The notes below the pieces were generated by a model, which was not told where the DNA came from, did not search any database, and saw nothing but the letters and a program-made list of their open reading frames with translations. A program made the position numbers and the translations under genes. This document shows positions 1-9,008 of a stretch of 64,000 bases of DNA, one piece after another. Position 1 is the first letter of the stretch. The number at the start of each line of letters is the position of its first letter. This DNA is from a virus: positions 1 to 64,000 of the IMG/VR virus record IMGVR_UViG_3300036985_009306. One strand, written 5' to 3'.

Positions 1-1
1 A

Positions 2-769
2 ACATCTGGATATAGTGGAGTTGGAACTTCTGGCTATAGTGGAGTTGGGACTTCAGGTTATAGTGGAATAGATGGAACTTCTGGTTATAGTGGAGTATCT
101 GGCTATTCAGGCTATAGTGGAACTTCAGGCTATAGTGGAACTTCAGGCTATAGTGGAGTTGGAACTTCTGGATATTCTGGAATAAGTGGATATTCTGGCT
201 ATAGTGGAATTTCAGGCTATTCTGGTTATTCTGGGATTTCAGGATATTCAGGAAAATCAGGTTATAGTGGAATAGGAACTTCAGGTTATTCTGGAGTATC
301 TGGATATTCTGGCTATAGTGGAATTTCAGGCTATTCTGGTTATTCTGGGATTTCAGGATATTCAGGAAAATCAGGTTATAGTGGTGTTGGAACTTCTGGA
401 TATAGTGGAGTAGGAGCATCAGGTTATTCCGGAATATCTGGTTATTTTGTTACTAGAGCTGTTGGTACGACAACAGCTTCTGCTCCAGCACCAGATGCTG
501 ATACTACAGATGTTTACTACTTATCTGCTCAAGCAGGTACTGCTACTTTTGGAGTACCAGGGGGATCTCCTGCTGACGGTCAGAAACTGCTAATCAGGGT
601 CTATGATAACGGTGGAGCCAGAACACTTGCATGGAATGCTATTTATGTGGTTTTAACAGGAGTAACACTACCTATAATTACGACTGTAGGTAAATGGACC
701 TATGTTGGATGTATCTATTGTACAGCAGCATCAGCCTGGCACGTTGTTGCCGCAGGAGTTTCATCATAA
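2..769 (+). CDS. 5'-truncated fibre-like protein: ~148 aa of (Gly-X-Ser)n repeats plus a C-terminal phage fibre domain
   Basis: Not in the ORF track; translated by hand in frame +2: TSGYSGVGTSGYSG...SGYFVTRAVG...GSPADGQKLLIRVYDNGGARTLAWNAIY...WHVVAAGVSS*. The TAA at 767-769 overlaps the next ATG (TAATG). Confidence 0.85.
   Translation, partial: TSGYSGVGTSGYSGVGTSGYSGIDGTSGYSGVSGYSGYSGTSGYSGTSGYSGVGTSGYSGISGYSGYSGISGYSGYSGISGYSGKSGYSGIGTSGYSGVSGYSGYSGISGYSGYSGISGYSGKSGYSGVGTSGYSGVGASGYSGISGYFVTRAVGTTTASAPAPDADTTDVYYLSAQAGTATFGVPGGSPADGQKLLIRVYDNGGARTLAWNAIYVVLTGVTLPIITTVGKWTYVGCIYCTAASAWHVVAAGVSS
187..384 (+). repeat. Identical 84-bp direct repeat (187-270 and 301-384) within the G-X-S coding repeats
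   Basis: tggatattctggctatagtggaatttcagg...aaaatcaggttatagtgg occurs twice, offset 114. There is also an 18-bp tandem unit near 119-157. Confidence 0.9.
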
Positions 770-1464
770 TGTCAGCAACTGCAATCACTGTAGGAAACAC
801 AGCAACCAGTGCAGCCTTAACTGCTGCAACAGGCACGTCAAGTACCCTTGCACTTGATAACAATAAAGATACTGTCATTGTTGCTGTATCAATAAGAGAC
901 ACTCGTACTGCAGCTACAGCTACTGCAACTTATGGTGATGATGCAATGACTGTTGACATCACAAGACTAAGAACAGATGGTGACTCGACAGCAGACTTAA
1001 GAGTTTATGTTTTCAGAAAAACACAAGCAAAAACAGGCGCAAATAATATTGTAGTAACTTTAAGTACAGCAGCAGATTATTGGGCTATTTTTGGTATAGC
1101 AGTTGACAGGTTGACTGCTGTTGGTCAGCCTAATGCTTCTGGAGGAGCAGATGCAGATAATACTGAAGCAATACCCCCTTCTTGTGCATTAACTACAACT
1201 ATAAAAGATACAATAGTGTGTGATTGTGTTTATACTAAAGCAGGTACGTCTTTAACTGCCGGTGTAATTGGACAGACTATCGTTGGTCAAGTGCTGACCA
1301 ATGGAGGGTCAGATAGAGCACTGATGGGTTATACAATACTAGCGGTCAAAGGTCTTTGTACTGACACATATACAGCTTCTGTCAATGATGATTGGTGCAT
1401 GGTCGCTGCTGCAGAGAAATCAACTAAGTCATCAGAATTTTTTCAAATGTTTAACAGGATGTAA
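769..1464 (+). CDS. Ala/Thr-rich beta-sandwich virion/fibre-associated protein
   Basis: Start reassigned to ATG 769 (MSATAITVGN), coupled to the upstream stop. Beta-strand-rich; ends in SEFFQMFNRM. Confidence 0.7.
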   Translation: MSATAITVGNTATSAALTAATGTSSTLALDNNKDTVIVAVSIRDTRTAATATATYGDDAMTVDITRLRTDGDSTADLRVYVFRKTQAKTGANNIVVTLSTAADYWAIFGIAVDRLTAVGQPNASGGADADNTEAIPPSCALTTTIKDTIVCDCVYTKAGTSLTAGVIGQTIVGQVLTNGGSDRALMGYTILAVKGLCTDTYTASVNDDWCMVAAAEKSTKSSEFFQMFNRM

Positions 1465-1520
1465 CTATGTCTTGCAATTATTATGATAACAGCATTTTTT
1501 TTGGCGGTATGTGGTAAAAT

Positions 1521-1874
1521 ATGTATTCCTATCAAACATTATTTGTAAGTATAAATTATTCGTATAATGATGCGTCTTATACAATTCTTAGAGATAATTC
1601 AGTAACAAATGAAATTACAGTCCTTACCCTTGATTATGGAAAAAATATTATAATTTGCGAAAATCAATATAATGTTGTTTATTTTGATACAATATTTCTT
1701 TCAATAGATGATTTACAAATAAAAATTGTAAAAAATTTATATTTACATCAAAATGAAAATTTTCAATTTTCTATTCAAAAATTTGATACTTATTTATTAA
1801 TAGATGATAGAGACGAAATTATATATAATCCAAATTCAATAATTCAATTTATCACTACTGGTTACATTATTTAA
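1521..1874 (+). CDS. hypothetical protein
   Basis: 117-aa ORF, extremely AT-rich, co-oriented with its neighbours. Confidence 0.55.
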   Translation: MYSYQTLFVSINYSYNDASYTILRDNSVTNEITVLTLDYGKNIIICENQYNVVYFDTIFLSIDDLQIKIVKNLYLHQNENFQFSIQKFDTYLLIDDRDEIIYNPNSIIQFITTGYII

Positions 1875-1888
1875 ATAAGGAGTAAAAT

Positions 1889-2497
1889 ATGACAAAAGTT
1901 CAATTATTAACAGCTTTAGCAAATGCCCCATTCAATTATATTGGAATCGGCACCCCTGTAAATCCTAATAGTGAAGGTCCGATAAATGGTATTACCAAAT
2001 ATATTGTTAGTGTATTTGAAACAGGTAAATCTCAGCAAAATCAGCAACCTACCGGATATAGAAAAAATGTAGTTTTTTATGTTTACAATGAAAGTCTTGG
2101 TGATGAGGCGGCTTATTTTGAACAAATTGAACCTGTAAATACAAGCAATACCGATCCATCTTTTTCATCTTCTTCTTATGCAAATATTGCAAAACTTTAT
2201 AGAACCACATCTTTACAAGATAGAGTCATGGCCGCGATTATGACACAATGTTCGGTTGTATTTCAAGAATTACCTAGTACAACTGACCATGCCAATAGAA
2301 TGCTTCTTGTCGCGTTGACAAATAAAGATATAAAAAATGTTACTATGAAATTTATGACAGCAATCGCTTTAAATGCAACAATACAAACTAGTGGAAATAC
2401 TGTAGCCGATTCTGTTATTACCTCCATTGTTTCCGGAGCCTGGAATTCATATGCTGATCTTCAAGCGTCAAATTATACACAAATGGCAAATTCTTAA
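1889..2497 (+). CDS. hypothetical protein
   Basis: 202-aa ORF with SD AAGGAG upstream. Confidence 0.8.
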   Translation: MTKVQLLTALANAPFNYIGIGTPVNPNSEGPINGITKYIVSVFETGKSQQNQQPTGYRKNVVFYVYNESLGDEAAYFEQIEPVNTSNTDPSFSSSSYANIAKLYRTTSLQDRVMAAIMTQCSVVFQELPSTTDHANRMLLVALTNKDIKNVTMKFMTAIALNATIQTSGNTVADSVITSIVSGAWNSYADLQASNYTQMANS

Positions 2498-2509
2498 ATA
2501 GGGTTCGCA

Positions 2510-2820
2510 ATGGACAAAAATTCTCATTTAAAATCAATATAACAGAAACAGAGGTTACAGTAGACGATAGAAATCCAATAAGATACGACAGAGTAGTAAA
2601 AATTCAATTTATGACTACAGGACAAATATTTGATATAGCACCAGGGGATTTTACTAGTGCTGCAGCAGCCAGTGCTACAAAAGCTGAAATTGAAAGGACG
2701 ACCAATAAAACTGTTAAATACGTATTTGCATTTAGAACGGGAAAAGATTCTATGATTTCTGACGATTATTTAATTGATAGTAGGTTAGAACCTGTACTTG
2801 TAGACAAAGAGGGAGATTAA
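2510..2820 (+). pseudogene. ORF apparently frameshifted in an A5 run (2516-2520); the in-frame remnant is 2611-2820
   Basis: ATG at 2510 (MDK) shifts out of frame. One extra A gives MDKKFSFKINITETEVTVDDRNPIRYDRVVKIQFMTTGQ..., continuous with the 2611 ORF. Confidence 0.5.
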
Positions 2821-2821
2821 C

Positions 2822-2953
2822 ATTACAAATGATGTAGAGGAAAGATTTCTAACTGATCCAGAAGAGCAAAAAATTAATTTAGAAGAAATTAATAGAAGAA
2901 GAGATGAAGTTCAAATGAAATTTAAGAGATTGAGATGTTTTTTCCAATTATAA
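2822..2953 (+). CDS. 43-aa ORF with a possible ATT start
   Basis: GGAG at 2812-2815, 6-nt spacer, then ATT; reads ITNDVEERFLTDPEEQKINLEEINRRRDEVQMKFKRLRCFFQL*. Confidence 0.35.
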   Translation: MTNDVEERFLTDPEEQKINLEEINRRRDEVQMKFKRLRCFFQL

Positions 2954-3049
2954 ATTTATTGTCCTAAGTTCTTCAATAAATTTCTTCATTTATCTTGTTA
3001 AAACTACTTTAAAATTAATATATAATTAGTTTTTAATAGATTGGAGTAA

Positions 3050-6000
3050 ATGAAAATGATAAAATTTTCTATTATTGTTCCTACATATAATCATCTTGAA
3101 GATTGTCTAAAACCTTGTTTAGAATCTATTGTGGCAGGTACAAATCTTGAAGAAGTTGAGATTATAGTAGTTATGAACGGTTGTGTTGATGGGACAAAAG
3201 AATATTTGTCAACATTTAGACAACCTTTAATTACTCTTGATTTTGACAAACCAATAGGTTACCCAAAAGCTATAAATGCAGGATTAAGAATTGCTAAAGG
3301 TGACTATATAATTTTATTGAATAATGATGTTCAATTTTTGAATTGGGCATATAAAGGTAGTTGGATCGATCAATTAATAGAACCATTTAAGCTCTTTCCT
3401 AATTGTGGTATAACGGGTTGTCTAAAATCATATAATGAACGAGTAGATAGAGAATTTGTGCTATTCTTTTGTGCAATGATTTCCAGACAATGTTTTAATA
3501 ATGTTGGTTATTTAAATGAAATATTTACTCCGGGTTCTGGTGAGGACATCGATTACTGCATTAGGGCAGCAAAAAAAGGATTTGTTTTTGAACAAGTTCC
3601 TTATGGAGAAGTAGGACAAGTTGTAGATAGGCGATTGATAACTTCATTTCCTATCTATCATGAAGCTGAAAAAACTGTGCATGAAATTCCAAATTGGTCT
3701 GAAATATTCCAAAGAAATCTAGATCTTGTTGCTAATCTTCATAGATTTCCTAAGATTTCTATTATCATTCCTACATACAATCATCTTGATGATTATTTAA
3801 AACCTTGTTGTGAGAGTATTATAAAGAATACTAATTTAAAAAATGTAGAGATTATTATTGTTGCAAATGGTTGTGTAGATAAAACTAGAGAGTATGTAGA
3901 GAGTTTAAGTAAACCGTTTAAACTAGTATGGTTTGAACAAGCCCTTGGATATACAAGGGCTATTAATGAGGGATTAAAAGTAGCACAAGGAGAGTATGTA
4001 GTTTTATTAAATAATGATGTTGTCTTGTTAAATCCTACATGGATAGAACTTTTATTAAAACCTTTTTTGATTTGCGATAATGTTGGGATTACAGGTCCTC
4101 TTAAGTTTACATGGCCTTGTGGACCATTGATAAAGACTGCTATTGCATTTTGGTGTTGTATGATTAGAAGATCTATAATTGATGAAATCGGATATCTTGA
4201 TGAAGATTTTTCTCCTGGAATGGGAGAGGATGGTGCTTATTGTATTGAAATGGAAGATATAGGGTATAAAATTGTTCAAGTTCCTGTTGATGATGTTAAG
4301 AAATTTGGAGAAGGACCATCAAATCAAACATTTCCGATATGGCATAAAGGTAATGGAACGTTTGCTGATCAAGAAGATAAAAAGAATGAGATCATAAATA
4401 GAAATAGTAAAATTTTAGAGAACAAATATGCTGATGCATTACAACAAAGTTATAATCATTGTGTTAATGCTTTTAGTGACACATATGCATTGTTTCCTAT
4501 TTTAAGAAAATATGCGAATAGATGTGAACATATAACCGAATTTGGAGTGAGAGATGTGTTTTCTACTTGGGCTTTTGTTGCAGCAAAACCTGTAAAAATG
4601 ATATCTTATGATATTTATACTTCTAATAATATTTATGGAGTTATTAATATTGCAAAAGGATGTGGTGTAGTAGATTATAAATTTATAGAACATAATGTTT
4701 TAACAACTGAGATAGAAGAAACTGATTTGCTTTTTATAGACACTTTGCACACATACGGTCAACTTTCTCAGGAACTGAAATTGCATGCTAATAAAGTAAG
4801 AAAATATATAATGTTTCATGACACTTTTACTTGGAGAGAAAAAGATGAAATTGAAACTACTACTGAGAAAAAAGGATTGTATACTGCAATAAAAGAGTTT
4901 TTACAAGACAATCCACAATGGCAACCAGAATTAGATATTTCTGAATCTCATGGTTTATTTGTAATGAAAAGGATTCCAACATTTTCAATTATAGTTCCTA
5001 CTTGTAATAATAAGAATGTTTTAAAAGAGTGTCTAGATCGCATTTTGTCTTATACAAATTTAATGGATAAAGAAATAATAGTTGCGGCTAATGGTTGTGA
5101 TTCTGATACATTAACTTATCTTTATTCATTAAGGAAGAAAATTTCAATTGTGAATTTTGGAGAAAAAGTAGGTCAAATTAGACCTGTCAATGAAGGTGTT
5201 AGAGTGTCTAAGGGAAAGTATATTGTTCTCATTGATGATGATTGTCTTTTATTGCCTCAAGAAAAAGATTCATGGATTAAAATGCTTTATCAGCCTTTTA
5301 TTGATCAAAATGTTGGAGTTTCAGGACCGATTGTTGCAAGTTATCCTGATTTAGGATATGCAATGCATAGTGGTTGTACTATGTATAAGAGAGAAGTATG
5401 GGAAAAAGTTAATGGTGCAGATCCTATATTTGATTATGGTTATTTATGGGATGCTGACATTAGTTATAGAATAGAAAAAGAAAATTATAAGATAGCACAT
5501 GTTGGATTTGATCATGGGTTTATGGAATTTCCATTGTATCATCCAGAGAGTCCTGCAACTACTGAAAGAAAACAAAGAGATGGTGTATTATTAAAAAGAA
5601 ATAGAGATATTTTGTATGAGAGACATGGTAAGAAAAAAGAAGAGAATGTCAAGATTTCTATTGTTATTCCAACATATAACCACTTAGATGATTGTTTGAG
5701 GCCTTGTGTAGAGAGTATCATTCAACATACTAATTTAGAAAATGTTGAAGTTTTAATTGTTGCTAATGGGTGTAAAGATGGAACAAGAGAGTACATAGAA
5801 AGTTTGGGAAAACCATTCAAATTGATTTGGGAAGATGATGGTATTGGATTTACTAAAGCTACTAATATTGGTATAAAACAAGCAAAAGGTGAATATGTAA
5901 TTTTACTTAATAATGATACTATTTTTTTAGATAAGGGACAATCTAAGAATACTTGGATAGAGATGTTAATCAAGCCATTCAAAGAAGATGACAAAGTTGG

Positions 6001-6847
6001 TATTACTGGACCATTACAACTATATGATAATTATGCAGGTTATGATGTGATGATCTTTTTTTGTGTTATGATAAGAAAAGAAGTATTTGACAAGATAGGT
6101 ATTTTAGATGAGTCATATTCTCCAGGTGGAGGAGAGGATATTGATTTTTGTGTAAGAGCTATGCAAGCAGGATATAAGCAAGTCGTTGTACCTTCTAAAC
6201 ATACAACTTTTACATTTACTAATGAGGGTTATTTTCCAATATATCACATAGGTGAGGGAACATTTTCTGATAAGGAATTTCCAGAATATGGAAAAGAGAT
6301 TATAAAACGTAACGGATTGAAGAATGCAATTCGTTACAATAAACACTTGAAATTGAATCTTGGATCTGGAGGAGTTGAGATGCCAGGTTATTTGAGTGTA
6401 GACATGAAAGATCGTAGAGCACATATAGTGAGTGATGTATTTGATTTGCAGTTACCAGATAATTCTGTAGAAGAGATACTTGCTTCTCATTTGTTAGAAC
6501 ATATATCTGTATATAGAGTAATGGATTTATTTGGTAAGTGGATTAAGATATTGAAGCCAGGTGGGAAGCTCGTGATGGAGATGCCTGACATTTTAGGTGT
6601 GTGTAGAGCACTTGTAGCAGCAACTAAAGAAGAAAGATATGGATGGTTGACTTGTATTTATGGTGCTGTTAATACAACAGACGTTGGAACACGAGAAGAC
6701 ATTACTTCTCCTCATTTGTGGGGATGGTATGATGAGCATTTATGGGACCATTTGAGCAATGCAGGATTTGTCAATATTAAGTTTATGCCTGAACAGATTC
6801 CGCATCCATTTATAAATTTTAGAGTAGAGTGTAATAAACCAATATAG
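3050..6847 (+). CDS. Multidomain glycosyltransferase/methyltransferase (GT2-GT2-MTase-GT2-GT2-MTase)
   Basis: Four GT2 starts (FSIIVPTYNH, ISIIIPTYNH, FSIIVPTCNN, ISIVIPTYNH) with LLNND/LIDDD motifs. Two MTase segments: EFGVR...LLFIDTLH...FHDT and LNLGSG...SHLLEH...LKPGG. Confidence 0.9.
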   Translation: MKMIKFSIIVPTYNHLEDCLKPCLESIVAGTNLEEVEIIVVMNGCVDGTKEYLSTFRQPLITLDFDKPIGYPKAINAGLRIAKGDYIILLNNDVQFLNWAYKGSWIDQLIEPFKLFPNCGITGCLKSYNERVDREFVLFFCAMISRQCFNNVGYLNEIFTPGSGEDIDYCIRAAKKGFVFEQVPYGEVGQVVDRRLITSFPIYHEAEKTVHEIPNWSEIFQRNLDLVANLHRFPKISIIIPTYNHLDDYLKPCCESIIKNTNLKNVEIIIVANGCVDKTREYVESLSKPFKLVWFEQALGYTRAINEGLKVAQGEYVVLLNNDVVLLNPTWIELLLKPFLICDNVGITGPLKFTWPCGPLIKTAIAFWCCMIRRSIIDEIGYLDEDFSPGMGEDGAYCIEMEDIGYKIVQVPVDDVKKFGEGPSNQTFPIWHKGNGTFADQEDKKNEIINRNSKILENKYADALQQSYNHCVNAFSDTYALFPILRKYANRCEHITEFGVRDVFSTWAFVAAKPVKMISYDIYTSNNIYGVINIAKGCGVVDYKFIEHNVLTTEIEETDLLFIDTLHTYGQLSQELKLHANKVRKYIMFHDTFTWREKDEIETTTEKKGLYTAIKEFLQDNPQWQPELDISESHGLFVMKRIPTFSIIVPTCNNKNVLKECLDRILSYTNLMDKEIIVAANGCDSDTLTYLYSLRKKISIVNFGEKVGQIRPVNEGVRVSKGKYIVLIDDDCLLLPQEKDSWIKMLYQPFIDQNVGVSGPIVASYPDLGYAMHSGCTMYKREVWEKVNGADPIFDYGYLWDADISYRIEKENYKIAHVGFDHGFMEFPLYHPESPATTERKQRDGVLLKRNRDILYERHGKKKEENVKISIVIPTYNHLDDCLRPCVESIIQHTNLENVEVLIVANGCKDGTREYIESLGKPFKLIWEDDGIGFTKATNIGIKQAKGEYVILLNNDTIFLDKGQSKNTWIEMLIKPFKEDDKVGITGPLQLYDNYAGYDVMIFFCVMIRKEVFDKIGILDESYSPGGGEDIDFCVRAMQAGYKQVVVPSKHTTFTFTNEGYFPIYHIGEGTFSDKEFPEYGKEIIKRNGLKNAIRYNKHLKLNLGSGGVEMPGYLSVDMKDRRAHIVSDVFDLQLPDNSVEEILASHLLEHISVYRVMDLFGKWIKILKPGGKLVMEMPDILGVCRALVAATKEERYGWLTCIYGAVNTTDVGTREDITSPHLWGWYDEHLWDHLSNAGFVNIKFMPEQIPHPFINFRVECNKPI

Positions 6848-6856
6848 GAGACGTAA

Positions 6857-7699
6857 ATGTTTGATTGTTGTATAATTAATGATGAATTAGATATCTTAGA
6901 ATTACGTTTCGACATTCTATTTCCTTTTGTTGAAAAATTTGTTGTAGTAGAATCAGATAAGACTCATTCTGGTAAATCAAAAGAATTAAATTTTGAGAAA
7001 AATAAAGATCGTTTTAAAAAATTCCAGTCAAAAATAATCTATATGGTGTATAAAGGTCATAATGTCATAAACAGTGCACAAGCATGGGGTAATGAAAACT
7101 TTCAACGTAATTATGTTCTTGAATCTCTTAAGATTTGTAAGCCAACTGATAATTTGTTATTTGTTAGTGATGTTGATGAGATTCCAAAACCAGAGAAATT
7201 GATTGAGGCAAAATGTGTTGCATGTAAATCAAACATGCCTGTTGCTTTTAATATGTACAATTGTATGTATTATTTTAATTTTGCGGCAGATAGTGTCTTT
7301 AGAGGACCATATTTATATAATCCATATAATGCTGAAAGTGTTCATAAATCATTTGGTAACTCTCGATATGATCCAACAACTTTTCGTTGGCATATGTGTG
7401 CTGTAGAGTTTGAAAAAGATTTTCCTATAGTTAATGATGCAGGATGGCATTTTTCAACATTAGGTGGTATAGATGCAATTAGACACAAATTAGAGTCATA
7501 TGCTCATATAGAATTTAATACACCAGAGATAAGGGCAGAAGAGCATTTGTTGAAGTGTATAGCAGAGGGAATGCCATATAATGAAGATAAGTACAAATTT
7601 AGTAGTGTGAAATCTAGATTTACTAAAAGAGAGATATCATTTTTACCAGAATATGTTCAGTATAATTTAGATAAATATAAAAATTATATTTTGTTTTAA
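6857..7699 (+). CDS. GT17-like (beta-1,4-GlcNAc transferase family) glycosyltransferase
   Basis: MFDCCIINDELDILELRF...FVVVESDKTHSG...SDVDEIP...GWHFS...KLESYAH, typical of GT17. Confidence 0.85.
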   Translation: MFDCCIINDELDILELRFDILFPFVEKFVVVESDKTHSGKSKELNFEKNKDRFKKFQSKIIYMVYKGHNVINSAQAWGNENFQRNYVLESLKICKPTDNLLFVSDVDEIPKPEKLIEAKCVACKSNMPVAFNMYNCMYYFNFAADSVFRGPYLYNPYNAESVHKSFGNSRYDPTTFRWHMCAVEFEKDFPIVNDAGWHFSTLGGIDAIRHKLESYAHIEFNTPEIRAEEHLLKCIAEGMPYNEDKYKFSSVKSRFTKREISFLPEYVQYNLDKYKNYILF

Positions 7700-7712
7700 G
7701 ATAGAAACATCT

Positions 7713-9005
7713 ATGTTCTCTTTAATAGTGAGTGTTAAAGATAAAAGAACGTTCAATTCGGTATTATTGCCTTCATTGAATTATCTTCATGAGTATTTAC
7801 GCAATCATCAACTTCCTCACATACAATTAATACCTATTTATGATGGTAATAAAAGTATAACAAAAAATTATAATAAAGGTTTAGAACAAAGTTTGTGGAA
7901 AATTAAATTTTTTATACATGAAGATGTAGATATTAAAGATACTCAAATTCCTCTATTTATAAAAGTCTATTCTTTGTTTAATCTGTTTCCAGATACTGGA
8001 TTGATTGGTTTAGTAGGTACAACAGAGAACTCTCCTGGGTTTTGGTGGAATTGTAGTAGAAACTCTATTATGGGTCATGTATTATGTTGTAATGAATATT
8101 GGAAATGGGATATTGATGAAATTTATAGAGATGTGAATGTTGTTGATGGTATGTTTATGGCAACTAATACAGATATAAAGTTCTCTGAAGACATAGATGG
8201 TTTTCATTTATATGATAGCGATTATTCAAATACAATTAGAAAAGCTGGACTTAAAGTAAAAGTTTTGACACATTTAGTAGATCATAGAGCAACATATAAA
8301 GACTTGTCAAAAGTAAATATAGATTATTTTAATAAGAAGTGGAATCTTTTTTCAAATCTTGTAGAATTAAAGAAACTTGAAGCTCAGCATAAAGAAGCTT
8401 ATGATGAAGTAATAACTCGGAATTTATATCGTATTAGAGAAGAAGATCTCGAGAATAAAGATGTTTTGGATCTTGGAGCAAATAATGGTTGTTTTACTTT
8501 ATTAGCGAAATACTATAAAGCTAAAAAAATTATTGCTGTTGAATCTAATATTGCAACTTTTGAAGTCTTGTCAAAAAACACAAAAGATTTAGATATTGTT
8601 CTTATAAATAAAGCTGCTTCTTCAAAAAGTGGTGAACGAGTAACATTGGGTAGACAATCAGATTATAGCACTATCGATGGTCGTTGTTATGTTGTTCCAA
8701 ATTCTGTAGGTGAAATAGAAACTATATCTTTAAATGATTTAGTTAAAATGTTTGATGGAAATATTGTTTTAAAAATTGATGTGGAAGGATCTGAATTTGA
8801 TATAATTGAAGGAGCATCAATTGAAACTTTAAAGAGATGTTCTACTATACTAATGGAAATTCATCAAGATATGGGAGCTGTTTTGGGCAAAACAAATATT
8901 ATTGAAGGATTAAAAACACATTTAAAAAATATTGGGTTTACAGAAGTATGGAAAAATGAAGCTTATAATGTTAATCTTGTTCGTTTTGACTTAATAGAAA
9001 ATTAA
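7713..9005 (+). CDS. GT-A (GT2-like) glycosyltransferase fused to an FkbM-family methyltransferase
   Basis: N-terminal FIHEDV, VVDGMFMAT, GFHLYDSD; C-terminal VLDLGANNG...AVES...LKIDVEGSE. Confidence 0.85.
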   Translation: MFSLIVSVKDKRTFNSVLLPSLNYLHEYLRNHQLPHIQLIPIYDGNKSITKNYNKGLEQSLWKIKFFIHEDVDIKDTQIPLFIKVYSLFNLFPDTGLIGLVGTTENSPGFWWNCSRNSIMGHVLCCNEYWKWDIDEIYRDVNVVDGMFMATNTDIKFSEDIDGFHLYDSDYSNTIRKAGLKVKVLTHLVDHRATYKDLSKVNIDYFNKKWNLFSNLVELKKLEAQHKEAYDEVITRNLYRIREEDLENKDVLDLGANNGCFTLLAKYYKAKKIIAVESNIATFEVLSKNTKDLDIVLINKAASSKSGERVTLGRQSDYSTIDGRCYVVPNSVGEIETISLNDLVKMFDGNIVLKIDVEGSEFDIIEGASIETLKRCSTILMEIHQDMGAVLGKTNIIEGLKTHLKNIGFTEVWKNEAYNVNLVRFDLIEN

Positions 9006-9008
9006 AAC

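Noticed and set aside
1-440. CRISPR array or non-coding tandem repeat at the window start
   Set aside because: The repeats keep codon phase, vary at wobble positions and encode G-X-S; there is no repeat-spacer structure.
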